From an uncultured Candidatus Saccharibacteria bacterium (GTDB taxonomy: Bacteria; Patescibacteriota; Minisyncoccia; Phycocordibacterales; UBA2100): DNA of 64,000 nt. Location: NCBI GenBank assembly GCA_964534465.1, contig CAZHOB010000001.1:33870-97869 (forward strand), in the 5' to 3' direction. This document shows, one piece after another, positions 42,711-50,967 of the stretch; the stretch's first letter is position 1; the number at the start of each line of letters is the position of its first letter. The translations under genes and the position numbers were made by a program. The notes under the pieces are model-generated. The model did not search any database and had not been told where the DNA came from. It saw nothing but the letters and a program-made list of their open reading frames with translations.

Positions 42711-43022
42711 ATGAAGGTCCTGTCATTGATGACGATGCTTGCGGCTCTACCGCTTTGCACTTGTCCGGTCTTGGGCCAGACCGAAAATGATTCTGTGATA
42801 AAGGGCTGTACATCAAAAGCCATGGCAGTTGATTTTGTCACCACGTACAATACTGCAGCTGCCAAAAGTTTCGCACGATCTGGCCTGCGGCCTATGCCGA
42901 CAAAGGAAGAAATGGATGAAATCATCGTGAAGGACCTCGAGGATATGTCACGCTACTATCGCATTGTTGACCGACTCGAGGACTGTCCCGGCGGGAAGTT
43001 CGTAGCCCCTCAAAAAAGGTAA
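42711..43022 (+). CDS. Hypothetical secreted protein
   Basis: AAGGAGG SD, signal-like N-terminus, downstream hairpin. Confidence 0.7.
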   Translation: MKVLSLMTMLAALPLCTCPVLGQTENDSVIKGCTSKAMAVDFVTTYNTAAAKSFARSGLRPMPTKEEMDEIIVKDLEDMSRYYRIVDRLEDCPGGKFVAPQKR

Positions 43023-43109
43023 AGAAGTGTAATCACCGGCCCCACAGAAATGTGGGGCTGTCTTTTTTGATAACAATGAGTGCCACCCGTCTGATGTGCG
43101 GGGTGATTT

Positions 43110-43140
43110 TGCCAATGTGGCAAAAAATGTGACCCTACGG
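43110..43140. repeat. Duplicated tRNA-Glu 3' end and trailer (att-like)
   Basis: TGACCCTACGG (43130-43140) equals 44577-44587; TGCCAATGTGGCAAAAAAT (43110-43128) is 18/19 identical to 44551-44569. Confidence 0.75.
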
Positions 43141-43362
43141 CTCGGCTTTCCGAATCCATTAGCGAAGGGACGATGGAAAGCGTTGTCGCTCTTTGTAGAA
43201 TACTCCTCGCCATCAAGCAACGCACGGCTGGGTAATTTGCCGAATCGGCATAAAGGTACCTGACACCATTCTGCTATTTCACCCGAAGAGAAACCGCTCT
43301 CCGCGTCCCAGCTTGTCTTTGAAATACATGATCGTGCCAAGTTGGCACGATACTTGCCTCCG

Positions 43363-44526
43363 CTAGTTCGAGAATTTCATCGGCACCCGCTCGACACCCT
43401 TGCTCATTGGATAAAACTGCTGCGAATTCTGGCCAGTACTATCAATGATCCACGTCCCGGGGTTCTGTAATTTTGGAATACCGATGTCATAGAGGATCCA
43501 TGCACCATCCGGCGCCCACACAGGGTTGTCCGCCGCAATGCAATCGGTTGGACCGAGCGCGTCGAATTGCGTCTGCGTCGTCACAGGATTGCACGATGTC
43601 ACCGTGCGCCGTGCCCCGCCGGCAACAGGAATAACCGCTATATTGCGGTGACCCCAGGTGAGCGGAGATTGCGTAATTCCGGCAGCGCCATAATCCGCCT
43701 CCTGACCGCTGAACATCGCAATTGTGGTCTCGTCAGGCGAGATACTGGACGCGTTAGCATCCGGATAGTCCGGATCGCTGGAAAAAGTAAGCTGCGTGAG
43801 TCCGCTGCCATCTGTGTTGATACGCCATATCTCACGGTGATAAGGATTGACCGTTTCGGATGTAAACGAGATCCATCTGCCCGATTGGGCAAGCGAGGGT
43901 ACCGCAGGGCGCATGGTACTCCCGACTAGTTGTTTGAGCTGCGAACCGTCGCTCTGCATCGACCAAATTATGTTGCCTTCCTGCGTTCCCGGAGTCGCAC
44001 TGGCAGATATCGTCTGGAACACAATGAGTCCGTTGCGCGCCTGCTGCGCCATGACAGGCGCGCCCGTGCTGCTATCAAGCTGACCTATCTGATGAGCATT
44101 ATTTCCATTCTCGTCCATAATCCATATCTGCGCAGAGCCGCTGCGCGACGAAGTAAATATTATCTTGCCGTCGGGCGTCCATGACGGTGCGCCGCCGGAA
44201 TTTGTTAACAATGTTTTGACGCTGCCGTCACCGCGCACTTTATAGATAGAATCATGATCATTTATCAGCAGGAGTCCGTGTTGCCGTACATACGCGATCG
44301 AGTCGGTCGTGTTTCTTATATTCTGAACTTGGGAATCGGATTTGCCGTCAACAGCCGTCTCATACATCAATTGAGGCGCGTTTTGAAGAAAAGTAGTCGC
44401 TATGCTTATCGCTTGACCGGCAATCTGTATAGCCTGGTCGCGCGTCGCCTGAGGAACGCCTGGACCTTGAGCCAAAACGAGAAGCAAGAGAGCAGCTTTC
44501 AGAAGCGCGATGACAGACCCGAACAT
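43363..44526 (-). CDS. TolB-like beta-propeller (PD40 repeat) exported protein
   Basis: PSWTPDGKIIFTSSRSG, IWRINTDGSGLTQLT, PVWAPDG repeats; hydrophobic N-terminus. Confidence 0.85.
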   Translation of the reverse strand: MFGSVIALLKAALLLLVLAQGPGVPQATRDQAIQIAGQAISIATTFLQNAPQLMYETAVDGKSDSQVQNIRNTTDSIAYVRQHGLLLINDHDSIYKVRGDGSVKTLLTNSGGAPSWTPDGKIIFTSSRSGSAQIWIMDENGNNAHQIGQLDSSTGAPVMAQQARNGLIVFQTISASATPGTQEGNIIWSMQSDGSQLKQLVGSTMRPAVPSLAQSGRWISFTSETVNPYHREIWRINTDGSGLTQLTFSSDPDYPDANASSISPDETTIAMFSGQEADYGAAGITQSPLTWGHRNIAVIPVAGGARRTVTSCNPVTTQTQFDALGPTDCIAADNPVWAPDGAWILYDIGIPKLQNPGTWIIDSTGQNSQQFYPMSKGVERVPMKFSN

Positions 44527-44576
44527 TTCCAAATTCTATCACTGAAAATGTGCCAATTTGGCAAAAAATCGAGCCA

Positions 44577-44648
44577 TGACCCTACGGGGAATCGAACCCC
44601 GGTTTTAGCCTTGAGAAGGCCACGTCCTAGCCGCTAGACGATAGGGCC
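44577..44648 (-). tRNA. tRNA-Glu (anticodon CTC), CCA not encoded
   Basis: GGCCCTA/TAGGGTC acceptor stem, D-arm GTCTAGCGGCTAGGAC, anticodon loop TTCTCAA, T-loop GGTTCGATTCC. Confidence 0.96.
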
Positions 44649-44697
44649 GTCTGCGAAAGTGTACCGAATAACATGCAACATTTCCACCCCCTTTCAG

Positions 44698-44730
44698 ATA
44701 CTCTCACATTCTTAAGAATATGAGAGTGTT
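44698..44730. repeat. 33-bp repeat containing a 28-bp palindrome, copy 1
   Basis: ATACTCTCACATTCTTAAGAATATGAGAGTGTT; 32/33 identical to 45037-45069. Confidence 0.97.
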
Positions 44731-45036
44731 CTACTCGGCATTTGAGAAGGAGTGGATAAAGGCATAAAAGATGCAGCCGTAAGGAGTCAGTCGGTGGCGC
44801 ACTTCCCTTCCCGCGTAAGCTTTCTCTACAAGTCCGGCCAACGTGAGGCGCCGCACATGCTCGGATGTCGTCTTAAAATTGGTATTCGCGGCATCTGCGA
44901 TATCAAATAGACCGATGTCCGGATTTTTTGCGATCAGGATAAGCATTTGGATGCGACGGTGATTCGCAACGCCTTTGAAATGCCTCTCCAACTTCTTCGG
45001 GCCTTTAACTTTTTTCTCCGACTCCATCATCGCCAC
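44731..45036 (-). CDS. ArsR/SmtB-like winged-helix DNA-binding protein
   Basis: FKGVANHRRIQMLILI...DIAD...TTSEHVRRLTLAGLVEK...GREVRHRLT. Confidence 0.85.
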   Translation of the reverse strand: MAMMESEKKVKGPKKLERHFKGVANHRRIQMLILIAKNPDIGLFDIADAANTNFKTTSEHVRRLTLAGLVEKAYAGREVRHRLTPYGCIFYAFIHSFSNAE

Positions 45037-45069
45037 ATACTCTCACATTCTTAAGAATGTGAGAGTGTT
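45037..45069. repeat. 33-bp repeat containing a perfect 28-bp palindrome, copy 2
   Basis: ACTCTCACATTCTT-AAGAATGTGAGAGT (45039-45066). Confidence 0.97.
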
Positions 45070-45124
45070 TTTCATGGTGTAATACTGTTCGGTATTTTAC
45101 GCCAATTGATGGGGGGTGGGGATG

Positions 45125-46417
45125 TTACCGGTCTTTCCACTCGGGGTCTTGGCGGACGAGGAGTTCGGGGGCGTGGAGCGGGTCGGCCATTATTTCTTCT
45201 ACCGTGCGCTCCATACGCATTGATTGCGACCCCTTAATAAGTACGATGTCACCCTTTTGTAATTCAGATTCAAGCTCCTTCCCTGCCCGCGCGGCTTCAT
45301 TATGTTCGTACTGGCGGATAGAGATATCGGGCATGCCCTGATCGAGCGCGGCCTGCGCACTTGCACGCGAGCGAAAGCCCACCGTGATGAGCGTGTCGGC
45401 CACCTCCGCTGCACGTGCGCCCAGCTGCTTGTGCGCATCGGAAGAATATTTGCCGAGCTCGAGCATGTCTGCGAGGACGGCGATCTTTCGCTTCCTCGTC
45501 TTTATCTCTTTGAGTGTGTCGAGGGCTGAAAGCGCTGCGACCGGTGAAGAATTGTACGTATCGTCGATAATGATAGAACCACGAAGGCCCTTCAGGATAC
45601 GCATTCTTCCCGGCGGAGGTGCCCACTTTGCGAGCGCCGCGACCGCTTGATCGATCTCTACGCCAACGATCTTACCCACTGCGATCGCCGCGAGCGCCGC
45701 ATACACACGCGGCGTGCCGAGCGCTCCTTCCGTCAAGACGGGACGCGAGGTGCGTTCGTGCATAAGATCGAATTGCATGCCGGTGGGTTTGCCCCCCTCG
45801 GAAAGAATGTGTACATTGGACGCCGCGTAATCATTGAAGGGCTCAGTGCCGTATTTTACGCAGCTGTCTTTGAATTCCGCCGCGATGCGCTGCATGCGCA
45901 GATCATCGCCATTGAGCACAATGCGACCGCCCGGCCGCAGGTATTCTGCGAGCGCTCTTTTTTCGCGCACTACCTCGCCCGGCGAATTGAAAAATTCCAC
46001 GTGCACCGGTATTTCCGGCACTCCGGTGATGATGGCTATTTCGGGTCTTAGCCACCGCGCGAGTGAACGGATGTCTCCCGGGCGATCAGCGCCCACCTCG
46101 AGCACGAGCCAGTCCGGATACGGCCCTTTGCCGAGTGCGAGCAAAAGGCCGCGAACGATATTCACGACCCAGCCAAATACATTTCGCCACGCATTTTCCA
46201 ATCCTAATATCGCAAGCGGCACACCTATGTCGCTGTTCATGCTTTTTTCGCTCTTGCGCACATACACGCGCGAGGAAAGCACTGAGTAGATAGCGTCCTT
46301 GGTCGTCGTTTTGCCGACACTGCCTGTGACGGCTACAATATGCGGACGATAGCGACGCAATACCATACGCGCCTCCCACGTCAGGATCGTAACTATAATG
46401 AATTTGAACGGGTTCAT
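45125..46417 (-). CDS. murF: UDP-MurNAc-tripeptide--D-Ala-D-Ala ligase
   Basis: AVTGSVGKTTTK, NSDIGVPL, IDDTYNSSP, DMLELG, LIKGSQ.MRME. Confidence 0.92.
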   Translation of the reverse strand: MNPFKFIIVTILTWEARMVLRRYRPHIVAVTGSVGKTTTKDAIYSVLSSRVYVRKSEKSMNSDIGVPLAILGLENAWRNVFGWVVNIVRGLLLALGKGPYPDWLVLEVGADRPGDIRSLARWLRPEIAIITGVPEIPVHVEFFNSPGEVVREKRALAEYLRPGGRIVLNGDDLRMQRIAAEFKDSCVKYGTEPFNDYAASNVHILSEGGKPTGMQFDLMHERTSRPVLTEGALGTPRVYAALAAIAVGKIVGVEIDQAVAALAKWAPPPGRMRILKGLRGSIIIDDTYNSSPVAALSALDTLKEIKTRKRKIAVLADMLELGKYSSDAHKQLGARAAEVADTLITVGFRSRASAQAALDQGMPDISIRQYEHNEAARAGKELESELQKGDIVLIKGSQSMRMERTVEEIMADPLHAPELLVRQDPEWKDR

Positions 46418-46426
46418 ATTCGAAAT

Positions 46427-48145
46427 TTATCTATCGGGCGGTATATCGTAATAATTGATGAGAAACTTCGCAATGTCCATGAAGGGATGTGCGAGCGTGG
46501 CCGAGGCGTATTGCTGCCCGTGCGGCTTGTAAGCAAAAAGAAAGACGATGAATTTTGGATCATGCGCAGGAAAATATCCAAAAAATGAGTGCAGATAGGT
46601 GCCTGCCGGATAATATCCACCGCCCGGCATCGGTATTTGCGCCGTGCCGGTCTTCGCGGCTATGGTGTAGTGCTCCTGCTTCAAGTCGCCATGTAGAAGT
46701 CCTTTGTCAAAAACGGTGATGAGCATATTGGTGACGGTATCCACAGTGGCCGGTTTCAATGCCTGCGTCCCCGGAATGAGGGGCACATCACGCGTGATAC
46801 CGCTTTCGTACTTTATACCTGTCACGACGTGCGGATTCGGTAAAGTGCCCTGATTGGCGAGCGCGGAGAGCGCCTTGATCATTTCTATAGGGGAAACTGA
46901 TATACCCTGCCCGAACGCAGCGGTGTCGTAATTGACCGCAGCACTCTGCCCGGTGCCGAGCGTGCTTAGATCTCCTCCGACCTCATTGGGCAGATCAATG
47001 GCTGTTTTGTCACCGAGCCCGAGGGCATGCATGTAGGCGGTGAAAACCGGATAGCCCATCTTGGTGGCGAGGTGTGCTGCGCCGAGATTGAGCGATTGGC
47101 TCAAAATTTCCTGCATCGGTATCACGCCACGAGCCTTTTGGTCGAAATTGCACACTTTATAGGTGCTGACAGTAATGCAGCCCGTGTCATTGTACGTGCT
47201 CTCTCTCGTAACGGCGCCGGAATCTATCGCTGAGGCCATGGTGAGCGGTTTCATGATGGAGCCGAGCTCGAAACGGCCCTCGACGAGCGCGTCGGCATAG
47301 AGTTTCGGATCAGTAACAGTGTTGTATGTATTGGGGTCAAAAGAGGGCCGCATCGCGAGCGCGTATATCTCCCCCGTGTGCGGATCCATCACAATGCCGC
47401 CGGAAAAATCAGGCGTATATTCCTCTTGCACTTTATCGAGTGTGTCTTCAAGCTGCTGCTCCACCTTGGGTTCAATGGACGTAACGATACTGCCGGAGCT
47501 GCCCGCGGGGTCGCTCGAAAGCAGCGCATGCACATTGGAGAAAAGTTCCGCGAACGGATTTACAAAGAGGCCCGCGGAGTGGATAGCGAGCGTGTCTTGA
47601 TAAAAACGCTCGAGACCGTAGACGCCGGTTTTGGTATCACCCTGATACGCGACGAATCCTATCGCTTGCGAAGCGAGCGTATGGGCAGGATAGAAACGCC
47701 ACTGGTCCTGTACGAGCAAGACGCCCGGTATTTTGAGAGCGCGTATCTTCTCCGCAGCGTCGTCACTGACTCGGAACGCCACCTCTTCATAAGGATCGCT
47801 TTTCTTGGATGCGTTGGTCAAAAAACGTGCCTGATCTATCGGCGTGATGGCGCTCAGTGTCGTGTATAAGTTCTCGGGAGAGACGATGTCCTTCGGCGTG
47901 ATGGCAATGCGCCACCCAGAGCGCATCACCGCGCCCGCCACGAGCTCATTATCCTTGGTCGTAAAGTAGATAGTGCCGCGATCGCCCGTGTCGGGCGTGG
48001 GTTCCACATACTGTGCTTTCGCATCATTGCGATAGTCGGTCCCATGCACGACCTGCACCAAATAGAGACGCCCCACGAGGAGGAGCGCCCCCACAATGAA
48101 TACGCCGCACAAAAAGCGTGCTCGTACGACCAAATTCGTTCGCAT
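46427..48145 (-). CDS. ftsI: Class B penicillin-binding protein (FtsI-like)
   Basis: RG.I, G..GLE, GSIMKP (SxxK), SLN (SxN), KTGTAQ; dcw position. Confidence 0.9.
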   Translation of the reverse strand: MRTNLVVRARFLCGVFIVGALLLVGRLYLVQVVHGTDYRNDAKAQYVEPTPDTGDRGTIYFTTKDNELVAGAVMRSGWRIAITPKDIVSPENLYTTLSAITPIDQARFLTNASKKSDPYEEVAFRVSDDAAEKIRALKIPGVLLVQDQWRFYPAHTLASQAIGFVAYQGDTKTGVYGLERFYQDTLAIHSAGLFVNPFAELFSNVHALLSSDPAGSSGSIVTSIEPKVEQQLEDTLDKVQEEYTPDFSGGIVMDPHTGEIYALAMRPSFDPNTYNTVTDPKLYADALVEGRFELGSIMKPLTMASAIDSGAVTRESTYNDTGCITVSTYKVCNFDQKARGVIPMQEILSQSLNLGAAHLATKMGYPVFTAYMHALGLGDKTAIDLPNEVGGDLSTLGTGQSAAVNYDTAAFGQGISVSPIEMIKALSALANQGTLPNPHVVTGIKYESGITRDVPLIPGTQALKPATVDTVTNMLITVFDKGLLHGDLKQEHYTIAAKTGTAQIPMPGGGYYPAGTYLHSFFGYFPAHDPKFIVFLFAYKPHGQQYASATLAHPFMDIAKFLINYYDIPPDR

Positions 48146-48151
48146 TACTTT

Positions 48152-48547
48152 CTATTGTAACGCAGCCTCTTGCGCGAGAGCGGTATCTCCAAGGCGCTTC
48201 ACGTAGCTTGGGTCCTGCACGGGCACGAGCCCGAGCGTCGCGCCCACTTGCGGTGTGAGCGTCTGTGCAAGCGCGAAGTAGTCCTGTTCCATCGCCGAAA
48301 TTCCCGTCTGCAAACGAGCGGTCTTCCCGAGCGCTTCCTGACGCGCGATCACATTAAGTACCGAGGATGAAATGAAGAAGAGATACGCGCAGACGAAGAA
48401 TGCGAGTACGGCGAGCACCGATCGCAAAATGAGCTGCTCCGCCGGATGTTCGATAGTGAAGGAGACCGAGCGTGCGCCGGCAAAATCCAAAGACCCCTGA
48501 AATACCGAGGGGATGTGTTTGCTTATTCTTAATGCTGTTTTTGACAT
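48152..48547 (-). CDS. FtsL-like single-TM coiled-coil protein
   Basis: One TM segment, coiled coil, A.LGLV tail; sits between rsmH and the PBP. Confidence 0.65.
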   Translation of the reverse strand: MSKTALRISKHIPSVFQGSLDFAGARSVSFTIEHPAEQLILRSVLAVLAFFVCAYLFFISSSVLNVIARQEALGKTARLQTGISAMEQDYFALAQTLTPQVGATLGLVPVQDPSYVKRLGDTALAQEAALQ

Positions 48548-48549
48548 AT

Positions 48550-49479
48550 TTAAATTTTGGAAATTACCCGAAGCTTTGCGCTGCGTGCGCGGGGATTTTC
48601 ATGCAATTCTTTTTCCGATGCGATAAGCGGTTTTTTCGTGATGCGCGTGCCGAAACCATTATTTTCCCAGATCATGAATTGCTGCTTCACGAGCCGATCT
48701 TCGACGCTGTGGAAGGTAATGACCGCGATGCGGCCGCCGTGCGAGAGTATGTGCCACGCTCCCTGCAAGCCGTCTTTGAGAGCGCCGAGTTCGTCGTTGA
48801 CCGCGATGCGAAGCGCTTGAAATGTGCGTGTGGCGGGATGAATGCGACCGTGACGATAGGAGGGCGGCACTGCACTTTTGATGCACTCCGCCAATTCGAC
48901 CGATGTATCAAAAGGCTTTTGTTTGCGCTGAAAGACGATGGCTTTTGCGATGCGGCGCGAGTATCTCTCTTCGCCCCACCCGTAAATGACATCGGCGATG
49001 CTTTCTTCTTCCCATTCGTTGACGATCTGCCGCGCTGTCAGTGCCTTTTCATCCATGCTGTAGGTCATGAGCAGTGGTTCGTCGCTCTGGAATGAGAATC
49101 CGCGACCGTCTGAGAGCTGATAGCTGCTCCAACCAAGGTCGAAAAGCGCTCTGTCGATACTCGTGATCTGCCGCATCTGCAGTTCCCGCTTGATATTGCG
49201 GAAATTGCCTTCTATGAGGTGAGTCGCGGGTTGCGCGCTGGAAAGTGCATCTTTTCCCCGAGCTATTGCCCGAGCGTCGAGATCAAAGCCGATAAGTACG
49301 CCTTTGTCGGTGAGCTTATGAGCGAGCGCTTTCGCGTGCCCTGCTCCACCGAGCGTCGCATCAACAACCGTGTCGGTCGGTTGAATTGCAAGATTTTCTA
49401 TTGCTTCGTGTAAAAGAACAGACTGGTGACCACTTGGTGGCACCAGGTCGCTGGAAGATTGTGAGCGTCGCGTGCGCAT
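48550..49479 (-). CDS. rsmH: 16S rRNA m4C1402 methyltransferase
   Basis: HQSVLL, DATLGGAGH, DLGWSSYQL, HPATRTFQALRIAVN, NPRARSAKLR. Confidence 0.98.
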   Translation of the reverse strand: MRTRRSQSSSDLVPPSGHQSVLLHEAIENLAIQPTDTVVDATLGGAGHAKALAHKLTDKGVLIGFDLDARAIARGKDALSSAQPATHLIEGNFRNIKRELQMRQITSIDRALFDLGWSSYQLSDGRGFSFQSDEPLLMTYSMDEKALTARQIVNEWEEESIADVIYGWGEERYSRRIAKAIVFQRKQKPFDTSVELAECIKSAVPPSYRHGRIHPATRTFQALRIAVNDELGALKDGLQGAWHILSHGGRIAVITFHSVEDRLVKQQFMIWENNGFGTRITKKPLIASEKELHENPRARSAKLRVISKI

Positions 49480-49528
49480 GACGTTTTTATCCTCCAGCTA
49501 CCTCGTGCAGCCAAAGGGATGAAGGGGA

Positions 49529-49969
49529 CTACAGGGCACCAATTTCTCCGAGTTTCTCGGCCATCGCATCGGCCTGCTTCTCAATGCGAGCTTTGTAGCT
49601 CTTCCACTGAGCTGCATCCCAGATCTCGACCCGATCCGAAACTCCGGCAAATACGACATCTTTTTTCAATCCCGCGAAATCTTTCTGATGATCCGGTATC
49701 AATATCCGTCCCGCTCCGTCGGTATCCACTTCCACCGCGCCGGAGAGAATGAAGCGATTGAATCCGCGAGTATCGGCTTGAACAAATGAAAGTGATTGCA
49801 GTTTGGCTGCAACTTTTTCCCAGTTACCGCGCGGATACACGAAGAGACAATTATCCAAACCGCGCGTCATCACCATTTTTTTGCCAAGCGCTCCACGAAA
49901 TGCCTTCGGGAGTGAAACCCGTTTTTTTTCGTCGAGCGTATGTTCGTATTCACCTATGAACATGGTCAT
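49529..49969 (-). CDS. mraZ: Division/cell wall cluster transcriptional regulator MraZ
   Basis: MFIGEYEHTLDEKKRV, DGAGRILIP, GVSDRVEIW. Confidence 0.98.
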   Translation of the reverse strand: MTMFIGEYEHTLDEKKRVSLPKAFRGALGKKMVMTRGLDNCLFVYPRGNWEKVAAKLQSLSFVQADTRGFNRFILSGAVEVDTDGAGRILIPDHQKDFAGLKKDVVFAGVSDRVEIWDAAQWKSYKARIEKQADAMAEKLGEIGAL

Positions 49970-49978
49970 TCCCTATTT

Positions 49979-50044
49979 CCCACTTTCTCCCACTGCAATA
50001 GAGTATAACTCACTATAACCCACACCAAGGCATTTTAATACCAC
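49979..50044 (-). promoter_or_regulatory. Phased GTGGG repeats, probable MraZ operator
   Basis: CCCAC/CTCAC/ACCAC at 49979, 49989, 50009, 50019, 50040 (about 10-bp phasing) around a TATACT -10 box. Confidence 0.8.
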
Positions 50045-50074
50045 TTCTGTGGATTACTCTCCCTAGCAGTGGGT

Positions 50075-50095
50075 TACAAAGGGTAACCCTTTGTA
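50075..50095. repeat. Short perfect palindrome (REP-like or terminator)
   Basis: TACAAAGGGT-A-ACCCTTTGTA. Confidence 0.75.
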
Positions 50096-50099
50096 CCCG

Positions 50100-50651
50100 C
50101 TATTTTGGCTTAGAGAAGCCAAATTCTTCCTGTTGCTGGAGCGGTAATGTCTCTATGATCTCGTGACAAAGTCCGAACTCCTTGGCTTCGCTTGCCTGCA
50201 TGATCTTGGAGCGACGGAGCATGTTGGCCACCATTTCGGTGTCGTTGCTCGTCTCGCGCGCGATGATGTAGATCATTTCGTGCAATTCGCGCTTGAAGAC
50301 CGAAATCGCCTCTTCGTGCGCGTGCACCGGGGCTGTCGCATCCTGTACCGTGTATCGACCCTCGTGAAAAAAGAACTGGCTCTCTCGCACGGCGAGCCGT
50401 TTTTTGCCGGCAAGAAAAATGAGCGTCGCCGCCGCGTCCACGCCGCCAAAACCGATCGTCTCCACATTGATCGGCAGCGCTTTGAGATATGCGTACATAT
50501 TAATGCCGGCGTCAATCTCGCCGCCGCTCGAGGCGAGCAGGAATCGCATATTATCCACGGGCTTAGAATATATGTCGTCGTTGATAGTGCGTATCGCCTC
50601 CTGCACGCTCTTTTTGTCCACCTGACCCGTGATGGTATACCAGATCTCCAT
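50100..50651 (-). CDS. ClpP-like protein lacking the catalytic Ser
   Basis: SSGGEI.AG..MY, FHEG, EAKEFGLC.EI fit ClpP; the nucleophile region reads GVDAAATLIFLAG. Confidence 0.8.
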   Translation of the reverse strand: MEIWYTITGQVDKKSVQEAIRTINDDIYSKPVDNMRFLLASSGGEIDAGINMYAYLKALPINVETIGFGGVDAAATLIFLAGKKRLAVRESQFFFHEGRYTVQDATAPVHAHEEAISVFKRELHEMIYIIARETSNDTEMVANMLRRSKIMQASEAKEFGLCHEIIETLPLQQQEEFGFSKPK

Positions 50652-50737
50652 AGACAATATGTATCAAACTGCTGTGAAGCAGCAGTTAAGGCATTGGAAA
50701 GAAAGGCCCATGGCGAGCCTTCCTTTCCCCTTTATTG

Positions 50738-50860
50738 TTACGACCTGCGGCTCCTGCCGCCGTGTGAAGCCCTGCCACCCATCGCCGCGATCCTTCGCTG
50801 TTTGGCGGGATCCATCGCCGCAAAACCCCGTCTGCTTTTGCCTGTGCTGTTTCGTGCCAT
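50738..50860 (-). CDS. KGG/Con-10-type small stress protein
   Basis: SRRGFAAMDPAKQRRIAAMGGRASHG. Confidence 0.85.
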   Translation of the reverse strand: MARNSTGKSRRGFAAMDPAKQRRIAAMGGRASHGGRSRRS

Positions 50861-50967
50861 ATTCTTTGTGTGTGAATTGCTCCTAATCGTCGACCATCTG
50901 GGCGCAGCGTAGCGCACCCTGCATGAATCAAAGGTTAAGCATTGCAAAAAACACGCAAAGACGGCCC

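Noticed and set aside
44698-45069. CRISPR array (33-bp palindromic repeats)
   Set aside because: Only two copies, the interval is 306 bp and is an intact gene, and there are no cas genes
45111-45121. G-rich tracts (also 1539-1551 and 62266-62283) as G-quadruplex or packaging signals
   Set aside because: Too few G-runs for a confident G4 and no terminase context; could be chance
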